From a virus (taxonomy: Duplodnaviria; Caudoviricetes), in IMG/VR virus record IMGVR_UViG_3300021437_000070, positions 1-28,401 of that record: DNA of 28,401 bases; one strand, 5' to 3'. The notes beneath the pieces are model-generated. The model did no database searches and was not told the origin of the DNA. It saw only the letters and a program-made list of their open reading frames with translations. Both the position numbers and the translations under genes were made by a program. Every line of letters begins with the position of its first letter. The stretch's first letter is position 1. Below are positions 1 through 7,725 of this stretch, one piece after another.

Positions 1-1635
1 TGGTCCGAGATCACGACCTACCTGCTGCCGCGCAACGGGCGCTACTTCGTCCAGGACCGCAACAAGGGCTGGCGCCGGCACAACACGATCTACGACCGCA
101 CCGCCACCGGCGCGCTGAAGACGCTGGCTGCAGGGATGATGGCCGGCATGACGAGCCCGGCCCGCCCCTGGCTCAAGTTCGCCACCCGTGACCGCGACCT
201 GATGCGCAGCCAGCCTGTGCGCCTGTGGTGCAACACGGTGACGAACATCGTCCTGACCATCTTCTCGAAGGGCAACACCTACCGCGCGCTGCATGAGGTC
301 TACAAGGAACTCGGCGCCTTCGGCACGGCCTCGACCGTCATCCTGGACGACTTCCGCGACGTCATGCGCCACTACACGCTGACGGCCGGCGAATACTGCA
401 TTGCGCAGGACTGGCGCGGCGACACCTGCACCCTTTACCGCGAGTTCCAGAAGACGGTGAGCGAGGTGGTGAAGGAGTTCGGCCGCGACAACGTGAGCAG
501 CACCGTGCGCTCGTTGTTCGATCGCGGCCAGCTCGACCAGTGGGTGCCGCTGATCCAGGCCATCGAGCCGCGCGAGGACCGGGACTACACGAAACGCGAC
601 TCGCTCAACATGCCCTGGGCCTCGTGCTACTTCGAGATCGCCGGCGACCCGGACAAGCCCCTGCGCGAGGGAGGCTTCAAGGACTTCCCCGCGCTGGCAC
701 CGCGCTGGGATGTGGCCGGCGGCGACATCTACGGCAACAGCCCGGGGATGGAAGCGCTGGGCGACATCAAGGGCTTGCAGCACCAGCAGCTGCGCAAGAG
801 CCAGGGCATCGACTACATGACGAAGCCCCCGCTGCAGTTGCCCACCGGCATGAAGAACCGCGAGGTCGACGCTATGCCCGGCGGCATCAGCTACCTGGAC
901 AACACCGGGCAGCCAGCGACGCGCAACCTCTTCCAGGTGCAGCTCGACCTGAACCACCTGCAGATGTCCATCCAGGACACGCGGCAGCTGATCAACAGCG
1001 CGTTCTACGCCGACCTGTTCCTGATGCTGGCCAACAGCACGAACCCACAGATGACGGCGACCGAGGTGGCCGAGCGCCACGAGGAAAAGCTGCTGATGCT
1101 GGGCCCGGTGCTGGAGCGTATGAACGATGAGCTGTTGAACCCGCTCGTCGAAGGTGCGTTCCACCGGGCGCTGGCTGCCGGCATGATCCCGCCGCCGCCA
1201 CCCGAAATGCACGGCATGCCGCTGGACATCGAATACGTCAGCATGTTGGCGCAGGCCCAGCGCGCGATCGGTTCCAACAGCATCGACCGCTTCGTCGGCA
1301 ACCTGGGCGCGGTGGCGCAATTCAAGCCGCAGGTGCTGGACAAGTTCGACGAAGACGAATGGGCCGATGCCTACAGCGACATGCTGGGTGTTGACCCCGC
1401 GCTGATCGTGGCCAGCGACAAGGTCGCCGTCATCCGCAAGCAGCGCGCGGCGCAGGCCCAGGCCGCGCAGCAGGCAGCGGTCAACAACCAGCGGGCAGAC
1501 ACCGCGGCGAAGCTCGCCCAGGTGCCGACGCAGGGCGGGGGCAGCAACGCAGCCACCGACATCATGGGCCAGCTTTCTGGCTACACCTCGCCGTCACCTG
1601 AACAGGTCGGCATCATGCAGCCTTCCGGCCAATAG
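1..1635 (+). CDS. Portal (head-to-tail connector), BPP-1 Bbp21 / epsilon15 gp4 / T7 gp8-like; 5'-truncated
   Basis: Frame is open from base 1 (WSEITTYLLPRNGR...) into ORF 136..1635. Family motifs GMTSPARPW, PRW..GG.IYG.SPGMEALGD and MTATEVAERHEEKL.MLGPVLER are present. Confidence 0.95.
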   Translation, partial: WSEITTYLLPRNGRYFVQDRNKGWRRHNTIYDRTATGALKTLAAGMMAGMTSPARPWLKFATRDRDLMRSQPVRLWCNTVTNIVLTIFSKGNTYRALHEVYKELGAFGTASTVILDDFRDVMRHYTLTAGEYCIAQDWRGDTCTLYREFQKTVSEVVKEFGRDNVSSTVRSLFDRGQLDQWVPLIQAIEPREDRDYTKRDSLNMPWASCYFEIAGDPDKPLREGGFKDFPALAPRWDVAGGDIYGNSPGMEALGDIKGLQHQQLRKSQGIDYMTKPPLQLPTGMKNREVDAMPGGISYLDNTGQPATRNLFQVQLDLNHLQMSIQDTRQLINSAFYADLFLMLANSTNPQMTATEVAERHEEKLLMLGPVLERMNDELLNPLVEGAFHRALAAGMIPPPPPEMHGMPLDIEYVSMLAQAQRAIGSNSIDRFVGNLGAVAQFKPQVLDKFDEDEWADAYSDMLGVDPALIVASDKVAVIRKQRAAQAQAAQQAAVNNQRADTAAKLAQVPTQGGGSNAATDIMGQLSGYTSPSPEQVGIMQPSGQ

Positions 1636-1644
1636 GAGTTCCAC

Positions 1645-1941
1645 ATGCTCAAGGTTTCACGCATCCTGCTGTCGCAACGGGGCCTCGGTTCCGGCAACGG
1701 CTTCATCCAGACCCAGGAGTACAGCGGCCTGGCGGTCACGCCTGCTGACGGCACGGACCTGCCCGGCGGTACGACGATCGGCTTGCTGGCCACCGGCGCC
1801 GGCAACATCAACGTCAACCTGGAAGGCGGCGGCACCGCGGTGCTGACCGGTCTGTCCGCCGGCCAGATCCTCGACATCGCGGTGACGCGCGTGCTGGCCA
1901 CCAGCACCACGGCCACCGGCATCGTCGCCCTCTACCGGTAA
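1645..1941 (+). CDS. Head spike base protein, RcGTA Rcc01079-like
   Basis: AGGAG RBS. AVTP.D..DL...G.I.V...G......AG..L.I.V.RVLAT.TTA.GIVAL matches the pattern recalled for this family. Confidence 0.7.
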   Translation: MLKVSRILLSQRGLGSGNGFIQTQEYSGLAVTPADGTDLPGGTTIGLLATGAGNINVNLEGGGTAVLTGLSAGQILDIAVTRVLATSTTATGIVALYR

Positions 1942-1947
1942 GCAGCC

Positions 1948-2310
1948 ATGGCCACCGTTGCCTTCACCGCCAACGCGCAGGCACCCCTGACGCACGGCAT
2001 CTACACCTGGACCCCGCTCACAACCACGAACACCGACGGCGCGCCCGTCGGCTTCGCGGGCAACGCTGCGACGATCCAGGCCAGTGGCACGTTCGGCGTC
2101 GGCGGCACCGTGGTGCTGCAGGGCTCGAACGACGGCACCAATTGGGCCACGCTCAACGACCTGGGCGGCGCGGCCATCAGCTTCACCGCGGCGGGTCTGA
2201 AGAGCGTGCGCGAGGCGCCGCCGTTCATGCGCCCCTTCGTGACCGGCGGTGACGGCACGACCAGCCTCACGCTGATCCTCGCCCTGCGCCGCCAGCTGGT
2301 GAACGCGTGA
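1948..2310 (+). CDS. Small beta-rich virion or decoration protein
   Basis: 120 aa, Gly/Thr-rich, GTF..G.TVVLQGSNDG.NW motif typical of phage jelly-roll decoration proteins. Lies in the late operon. Confidence 0.6.
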   Translation: MATVAFTANAQAPLTHGIYTWTPLTTTNTDGAPVGFAGNAATIQASGTFGVGGTVVLQGSNDGTNWATLNDLGGAAISFTAAGLKSVREAPPFMRPFVTGGDGTTSLTLILALRRQLVNA

Positions 2311-2483
2311 GCTACACCGTGCCGGGGTGCTACACCACGGACGGCCAGCCTGTCGTGGTGGCTGACCGTTCGGTGGTCATCGTGCCGCCGTTCGAGGGCA
2401 AGGCGCAGCCCACCCCCGCGCAGGCCGCCGCCAGCGTGGCGAAAGCCATCGCCGCGCTGACCCCGCAACCGAGCATCCTGTGA
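2307..2483 (+). CDS. Hypothetical 58-aa protein (not in ORF track)
   Basis: GTGA start/stop overlap with the upstream gene. MSYTVPGCYTTDGQPVVVADRSVVIVPPFEGKAQPTPAQAAASVAKAIAALTPQPSIL fills the gap before 2493. Confidence 0.65.
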   Translation: MSYTVPGCYTTDGQPVVVADRSVVIVPPFEGKAQPTPAQAAASVAKAIAALTPQPSIL

Positions 2484-2492
2484 GGTGACACC

Positions 2493-3221
2493 GTGAGCGG
2501 CTATCTCATGCGGGAGACCGCGGACCTGTTCGACCAGACCACCGGCGCGTGGGTCGGCGTCATCGACCTGAACGGGCGCGAGCAGCTGCTGGACAGCGTG
2601 GTCTACGTCGGCACCTGGGCCAATCGCCCGCTGCCGACAGCTGTCGGTGTCGGCAGCCAGATGATCACCACCGACATCGGCAGCTTCCGCATCTGGTGGT
2701 ACAGCGACGGCACCTACTGGCGCCCCCTCAACGGGCGCGCGGGGATCTCGACGCAGTACGGCACGGTGGCCGCGCCGTTGGCCACGCTCACCGCCACGGG
2801 CGCGATCCAGACCGCGGCGCTGCCCATCATCCCGTCGATCCCACCGAACATGCTGATCCCCGGCGCGCGGGTGTGCACCGACGTCCGAGGACTGAAGACG
2901 GGCGCGACGGCCAGCCACTACTTCGGCGCCGGCATCGGCCCGACGCAGAACCCAGGCGCTGCACTGGCGCCGATCCTGCTGGGCGGCGCAATGCCTGCGC
3001 AGAGCGGAGCCGCCGGCCCCAGCATCGCCTACGCGCAGGTGCTGTCGGCCACCAAGATCGCGTCGCCGAGCTACACCGGCACCGGGTTCTCTTCGGCGGG
3101 CTACAGTGAAGCGACCATTGACCTGACCGTGACGAACTATGTCAACGTGCAAGTCAACAACCAGTTCGCCTCACCCGACACGCTGGCGATCTTCTCGGTC
3201 AACGTCTGGCTGGAGTTCTGA
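2493..3221 (+). CDS. Putative head fibre or spike protein
   Basis: GAGGTG RBS and GTG start. TWANRP...G....TD.....WYSDGTYWR fibre-type motif, then a beta-rich C-terminal domain. Confidence 0.55.
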   Translation: MSGYLMRETADLFDQTTGAWVGVIDLNGREQLLDSVVYVGTWANRPLPTAVGVGSQMITTDIGSFRIWWYSDGTYWRPLNGRAGISTQYGTVAAPLATLTATGAIQTAALPIIPSIPPNMLIPGARVCTDVRGLKTGATASHYFGAGIGPTQNPGAALAPILLGGAMPAQSGAAGPSIAYAQVLSATKIASPSYTGTGFSSAGYSEATIDLTVTNYVNVQVNNQFASPDTLAIFSVNVWLEF

Positions 3222-3571
3222 TGCCCATCACCAAACCCGCCGACCAGGTCACCGATGCGGACCGCCCGTTCGTGTGCTCGCGCGGCAATGCTGACGGCAC
3301 CGTGACGCTGTACTACGTGGGTGACACCGTGCCGCCGCTGCCGACACCGACGCCGGCTGAGATCGCGGCAGCGCAAGCTGCGATCCAGCAGCGCTTCGCC
3401 AACTCCGTCGCGGCGCGCAGCTACGCAAAGCTGACCGCGATGCGCGCGATGTCGCCGGCCCAGCTCCAGGTCTGGATCGCGGCGAATGTCACCACCCTGG
3501 CGCAGGCGCAAGATGCGCTCCTGACGCTGGCCGTCGGCCAGTGCTTGCTGATGAACGAAGGCGGCCTATGA
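3221..3571 (+). CDS. Hypothetical protein (NADGTVT paralogue A)
   Basis: TGATG coupling, 116 aa. N-terminus is similar to the next gene. Confidence 0.7.
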   Translation: MPITKPADQVTDADRPFVCSRGNADGTVTLYYVGDTVPPLPTPTPAEIAAAQAAIQQRFANSVAARSYAKLTAMRAMSPAQLQVWIAANVTTLAQAQDALLTLAVGQCLLMNEGGL

Positions 3572-3765
3572 GCATCACCTTGCAGTATCACGAGGTCACC
3601 GACGACCACCTCGGCTTCACCTCGGCCAGGCACAACGCCGACGGCACCGTGACCATCTTCTACGGCGACGAGCCTCTGCCGCTGCCTGAGCCGGTGGAGA
3701 TCGAGCCGGTGCCGCCGACGCGCTGGCAACTGTTCAAGGCCTTCTTTACGGGGAAACTCGCATGA
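3568..3765 (+). CDS. Hypothetical protein (NADGTVT paralogue B)
   Basis: ATGA overlap at 3568-3571. MSITLQYHEVTDDHLGFTSARHNADGTVTIFYGD... Confidence 0.7.
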   Translation: MSITLQYHEVTDDHLGFTSARHNADGTVTIFYGDEPLPLPEPVEIEPVPPTRWQLFKAFFTGKLA

Positions 3766-4079
3766 AACTCGTCAACATGAAGAGCGACACCGACGATGGC
3801 TACGCCACCGTCGGCTCACCCGCAAGCTACCCTTATGGCTTGTGCCTGTACCTGAGCGAGGACCAGTGCGAAGCGCTGGGCATCAGCAAAGCGCTGAGGC
3901 CCGGAACGCAGTTGACGATCAGCGCAAAGGCGATCGTCACGAGCGCGACCGAGAGCCTGGAGCGTGACGGCGACGACAAGGGCAACGACGTGAGCCTCAG
4001 CGTGCAGATCACCGACCTGGGCGTCCAGGCCAACGGTGTCGTGCGCAACGCGGCCGCGGAGCTGTACGGCGCCAGCTGA
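3762..4079 (+). CDS. Capsid staple protein, epsilon15 gp10-like
   Basis: MKLVNMK...YPYGLCLYL...LG...VSLSVQITDLG matches the gp10 pattern. ATGA overlap. Confidence 0.8.
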   Translation: MKLVNMKSDTDDGYATVGSPASYPYGLCLYLSEDQCEALGISKALRPGTQLTISAKAIVTSATESLERDGDDKGNDVSLSVQITDLGVQANGVVRNAAAELYGAS

Positions 4080-4082
4080 CCC

Positions 4083-4117
4083 CCGGTATGCGTCCCGCGG
4101 GGAGCCCGCCGTAGACT
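4083..4117 (+). promoter_or_regulatory. Putative late promoter: CCGGTATGCG-N19-TAGACT
   Basis: Intergenic. The same 10-mer with the same 19-nt spacing to a -10-like hexamer recurs at 20972-21006. Confidence 0.6.
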
Positions 4118-4124
4118 CTTGCGC

Positions 4125-4463
4125 GTGACGCACGATCCAGTTGACTTAGCCCTTCTCGAAGCGCGACAAACCGAGGCCGATGAAAAGGCCCGGATCGACC
4201 GCCTGACCGAGATCGGCGACTTCAAGTGGATCGTGTCGAATAAGCGGGGTCGCCGGTTCGTCTGGCGGCTTCTCGAACAGGCCGGCGTTTTCAGACTGTC
4301 CTTCACCCCCGGTGACCATTCCCTGACTGCCTTCAACGAAGGTCGCAGGAACTTCGGTCTCCAGGTCTGGGCCATGATCCAAGAGCACGCCCCCGAGAGC
4401 TATGCGCTGATGCTGAGCGAACGAAATGTCCGACCCAACGACCGCACCGACACCGCCGGCTGA
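4125..4463 (+). CDS. Bbp19-like protein (conserved gene before the scaffold)
   Basis: D.KW......GRRFVWRLL..AGVF..SF.....TAFNEGRRN.GL motif. GTG 4125 chosen as start (TTG 4119 is the alternative). Confidence 0.85.
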   Translation: MTHDPVDLALLEARQTEADEKARIDRLTEIGDFKWIVSNKRGRRFVWRLLEQAGVFRLSFTPGDHSLTAFNEGRRNFGLQVWAMIQEHAPESYALMLSERNVRPNDRTDTAG

Positions 4464-5061
4464 ACCGGCCGCGAGCCCGACGCCTGCTGCACCCGCGGCA
4501 GCTCCTGCCGCGCCTGTTGCAAGCCCCGCGCCGACCGCACCCGCGGCCGAGCCGGTTGCGCCGCCTGCCGCCGAACCGGCGCCGCCCCCGGGCGCGCCGG
4601 AAAAGTACGAGTTCAAGGCGCCCGAAGGCCAGGGGTTCAACGACACGGTCATTGCCAAGTTCGGCGATACGGCCCGCGCGCTGAACCTGCCGCAGGACGC
4701 CGCGCAGCGGATTCTCGACGAGGTGGCGCCCGCCATCCGCGAGAGCAACCTGCAAGCGCTCACCACCTTCTACGCCGACATCGGCGGCATGCCGGACACC
4801 TGGCAGGCCACGATCGAGGCGGACAAGGAACTCGGCGGCCCGAAGTTGCCCGAGAACCTGGCCGTCGCCAAGAAGGCCCTGGATCTTGGCGGCCCCGGCC
4901 TGGTGGCGGTGCTCGGCAAGACTGGCCTGGGCAACCACCCGGACCTGGTGCGGTGGGCGTTCAAGATCGGCAAAGCGCTCAGCGAAGAGAAATTCGTCTC
5001 GGGTGGCGGCGGCAGCTCTGCTGGCTCCGACGCCGCAAGCAAACTCTACGGCTCCAAGTAG
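4426..5061 (+). CDS. Capsid scaffolding protein
   Basis: Pro/Ala-rich N-terminus, APEKYEFK, GLGNHP.LVR..KIGK.LSE. Directly upstream of the major capsid gene. Confidence 0.85.
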   Translation: MSDPTTAPTPPAEPAASPTPAAPAAAPAAPVASPAPTAPAAEPVAPPAAEPAPPPGAPEKYEFKAPEGQGFNDTVIAKFGDTARALNLPQDAAQRILDEVAPAIRESNLQALTTFYADIGGMPDTWQATIEADKELGGPKLPENLAVAKKALDLGGPGLVAVLGKTGLGNHPDLVRWAFKIGKALSEEKFVSGGGGSSAGSDAASKLYGSK

Positions 5062-5076
5062 CCCAAGGACTGAACC

Positions 5077-6081
5077 ATGGCAACTCTGAACACCAACGCC
5101 CTGACGCTGGCCGATTGGGCCAAGCGCCTGGACCCGGACGGCAAGGCGCCCGTCATCGCCGAACTGCTGTCGCAGAGCAACGAAGTCCTGGAGGACTTCC
5201 TGCTGGTCGAGGGCAACCTGCCGACGGGCCACACCGTCACCATTCGCACCGGTCTGCCGTCCGTCTACTGGCGCCAGATCAACCAGGGCGTGCCGTCGAG
5301 CAAGTCGACGACCGCCCAGGTGACGGAAGGCCTCGGCATGCTCGAAGCCTACGCCCGCGTGGACGTCGACCTGGCCAACCTGAACGGCAACACCGCGCAG
5401 TTCCGGCTGAGCGAAGACTTCGCCTTCCTGGAGGCGATGAACCAGACCCAAGCCCAGACGATGTTCTACGGCAACGTGGCCACCAACCCGGCGGCCTACA
5501 CCGGCCTGGCCACGCGCTACGGCACGATCTCCGGCGCCGGCAACGCGCAGAACATCATCGACGCCGGCGGCACCTCGTCCAACAACACCTCGGTGTGGCT
5601 GGTGGGCTGGGGCGAAAACACCGTCTTCGGCACCTTCCCCAAGGGTTCGAAGGCGGGCCTGCAGCACCAGGACATGGGCCAGCTGACGGTCTACGACAAC
5701 AACAACAACCCGTACCAGGCCCTGCAGACCCACTACCAGTGGAAGAACGGCCTGGTGGTGAAGGACTGGCGCTACATCGTGCGCATCTGCAACATCAACA
5801 CGGCCAACCTGGTGGCGCAGTCCAGCGCCGCCGACCTGGTGGTGCTGATGAGCCGCGCGCTCGACCGTATCCCGAATTGGGCCATGGGCAAGTTCGCGTT
5901 CTACATGAACCGGACCGTCTACTCGATGCTGCGCGTGCAGGCCCTGAACAAGAGCCAGAACGTGCTCACCGTCGAGAAGGGCCTCAACCAGTTCGGGACG
6001 GCCATGACCTGGCTGTCGTTCCAGGGGGTGCCGCTGCGCCGCGTCGACCAGCTGCTGAACACCGAGGCCCGCGTCGTCTAA
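5077..6081 (+). CDS. Major capsid protein, epsilon15 gp7 / BPP-1 Bbp17-like
   Basis: LTLADWAKR.DP.G, EGNLPTGH...RTGLP, DWRYIVRI.NI, F.GVP.RRVD.LLNTEARV. AAGGA RBS. Confidence 0.95.
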   Translation: MATLNTNALTLADWAKRLDPDGKAPVIAELLSQSNEVLEDFLLVEGNLPTGHTVTIRTGLPSVYWRQINQGVPSSKSTTAQVTEGLGMLEAYARVDVDLANLNGNTAQFRLSEDFAFLEAMNQTQAQTMFYGNVATNPAAYTGLATRYGTISGAGNAQNIIDAGGTSSNNTSVWLVGWGENTVFGTFPKGSKAGLQHQDMGQLTVYDNNNNPYQALQTHYQWKNGLVVKDWRYIVRICNINTANLVAQSSAADLVVLMSRALDRIPNWAMGKFAFYMNRTVYSMLRVQALNKSQNVLTVEKGLNQFGTAMTWLSFQGVPLRRVDQLLNTEARVV

Positions 6082-6109
6082 GCACGCGCACCACCAGAAG
6101 GAAATCACC

Positions 6110-6577
6110 ATGATCACCGACGCACTCCTGCAACTCTCGGGTGGTTTTTCCAGTGGCGTCGCCACCGGGCAGACCGTCACCGGCACCAACACCACGGTGC
6201 TGTCCACCAACACGATCGACCTGGGCTCGGCCCGCGACATCGGCAAGGGTGAAATGCTCGAAATTGCCATCGAAGTTATCACCGCGGCCAGCGGTGGCAC
6301 CTCGGTGCAGTTCCAGCTGATCGAGGCCGATGACGCGGCGCTGACGACCAACGTCCAGGTCATCGTGCAGACGGACGCCATCGCGGTCGCCACGCTGACC
6401 GCCGGCGTCCAGGTGCCGCTGCACTACGACCGGGTCGACCCGTACCCGGCGCGGCGCTACATCGGCCTGCGCTATGCGCTGGTCGGCGCGGTTGCGGCGG
6501 GCGCATATTGGGCGGCCGTCGTCAAGAACATCGCCGACAAGCAGGTCAACTACGCCAACGGCTTCGCCGTCCTGTAA
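6110..6577 (+). CDS. Capsid cement protein, Bbp16-like
   Basis: MITDALL..S...STNTIDL...RDIG.G...RYIGLRY. Follows the capsid gene. Confidence 0.85.
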   Translation: MITDALLQLSGGFSSGVATGQTVTGTNTTVLSTNTIDLGSARDIGKGEMLEIAIEVITAASGGTSVQFQLIEADDAALTTNVQVIVQTDAIAVATLTAGVQVPLHYDRVDPYPARRYIGLRYALVGAVAAGAYWAAVVKNIADKQVNYANGFAVL

Positions 6578-6579
6578 TT

Positions 6580-6649
6580 CGCGGGTGTGGAAGCCCCTCT
6601 GCCGTAAGGCAGTTGGGGCGGCGGGTTCGACTCCCGCACCGCGTTCACC
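6580..6649 (+). ncRNA. tRNA-like structured element (T-arm plus acceptor-like stem, no anticodon)
   Basis: T-arm GCGGG-TTCGACT-CCCGC (6621-6637). CGCGG 6580-84 pairs with CCGCG 6639-43. Inner stems GCCCC/GGGGC and CTGCC-GTAA-GGCAG. Confidence 0.65.
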
Positions 6650-6660
6650 CTGGAGCCACC

Positions 6661-6993
6661 ATGCCCCGCTACCGCGTCAAAGAGATCTCTTTCATCAACA
6701 ACACCCTGTGCCAAGCGGGCGAGGAAGTGGACTACGCCGGTGACCCCGGCGCCAACCTCGAAGCGCTGGACAAGGGGGCCTCGGCCGCGGTCAAGGCCGC
6801 CGCGCAGGTGGCCCCGGCTGTCGCCGACCTGATCGCCAAGGTCAGGCAGCACGCCGCGACCCGCGGCGTCACGCCAGACGAAGTGAACCAGAGCGACTTC
6901 GACGAGGTTCTGAACGTGCTGCCCAACAAGCCGAGCGAGGCCGTCGTGGCTGCCGCGCTCACCCTGACGATGCCGGCGGCCAGCGTTTCCTGA
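6661..6993 (+). CDS. Conserved small late protein, epsilon15 gp9-like
   Basis: GGAG RBS then ATG 6661. MPRYRV...S.I.N.L...G.EV.Y.G.PG..LE.L motif. Confidence 0.75.
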   Translation: MPRYRVKEISFINNTLCQAGEEVDYAGDPGANLEALDKGASAAVKAAAQVAPAVADLIAKVRQHAATRGVTPDEVNQSDFDEVLNVLPNKPSEAVVAAALTLTMPAASVS

Positions 6994-7014
6994 CCCACGC
7001 CGGGCGTCAACCTG

Positions 7015-7038
7015 ACGGGGGCCTCGCGCCCCCGTTTT
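7015..7038 (+). terminator. Intrinsic terminator after the head genes
   Basis: ACGGGGGC-ctcgc-GCCCCCGT hairpin followed by a short T run, so probably leaky. Confidence 0.7.
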
Positions 7039-7056
7039 CGCATGAAGGACTGAACA

Positions 7057-7725
7057 GTGGCCTCGGAAGTCGACATCTGCAACCTGGCGCTGGCGCACCT
7101 CGGTGATGTGGCCAACGTCTCGGCCATCAACCCGCCCGACGGCAGCGCGCAGTCGGTGTACTGCGCACGCTTCTACCCGATCGCCCGCGACTCGCTGCTG
7201 GAGACCCACCCCTGGGGCTTTGCGACGAAGCGCATAGCGCTCGCGCTGACGACCAACAGCAGCAACCAGTGGTCCTACGTCTACGCCGGCCCGACCGATG
7301 TCGTGAACTACCTGCGCGTGATGGACCCGAACGCGGTCGACGACTTCAGCGGCACGCTGGCGCTGCCGAACTCGTTGCCCGGGTCTGTGAACGCCGGGCA
7401 GGGGCTCTATACCCCGCAGCCGTTCGTGGTCGAGATCGACAGCAGCGGCGCCGACGTCATCTACACCAACCAGCAGGACGCAGTGTTGGTCTACAGCGCG
7501 CTCGTCACCGACACCACGAAGTTCAGCCCGCTGTTCGTCACAACGCTTGGCTACCTGCTGGCTACGGCGCTGGCGGGGCCTCTCATTAAGGGCGCCAACG
7601 GCCGCGCGGTGGCCAAGGAAATGATGACCGCCGCGATGATGTGGATGGGCAAGGCCGCCGGCTCGGACGCCAACCAGCGGCGCACCAACATCGCGCAGTC
7701 GGTCAGCTGGATGGTCAACCGCTGA
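7057..7725 (+). CDS. Tail tubular protein A / adaptor (gp11-like)
   Basis: MASEVDICNLALAHLG...C..FY..ARD..LE.HPW.FA..R..LA motif. AAGGA RBS and GTG start. Confidence 0.9.
   Translation: MASEVDICNLALAHLGDVANVSAINPPDGSAQSVYCARFYPIARDSLLETHPWGFATKRIALALTTNSSNQWSYVYAGPTDVVNYLRVMDPNAVDDFSGTLALPNSLPGSVNAGQGLYTPQPFVVEIDSSGADVIYTNQQDAVLVYSALVTDTTKFSPLFVTTLGYLLATALAGPLIKGANGRAVAKEMMTAAMMWMGKAAGSDANQRRTNIAQSVSWMVNR

Noticed and set aside
4440-4600. Repeat array or CRISPR-like pattern
   Set aside because: Just Pro/Ala low-complexity coding sequence in the scaffold. No CRISPR array was seen anywhere in the window.
6580-6649. Canonical tRNA gene or attP remnant
   Set aside because: No D-stem, no 7-nt anticodon loop and no CCA. 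It lies mid-operon with no integrase nearby, so it is kept as a tRNA-like element.
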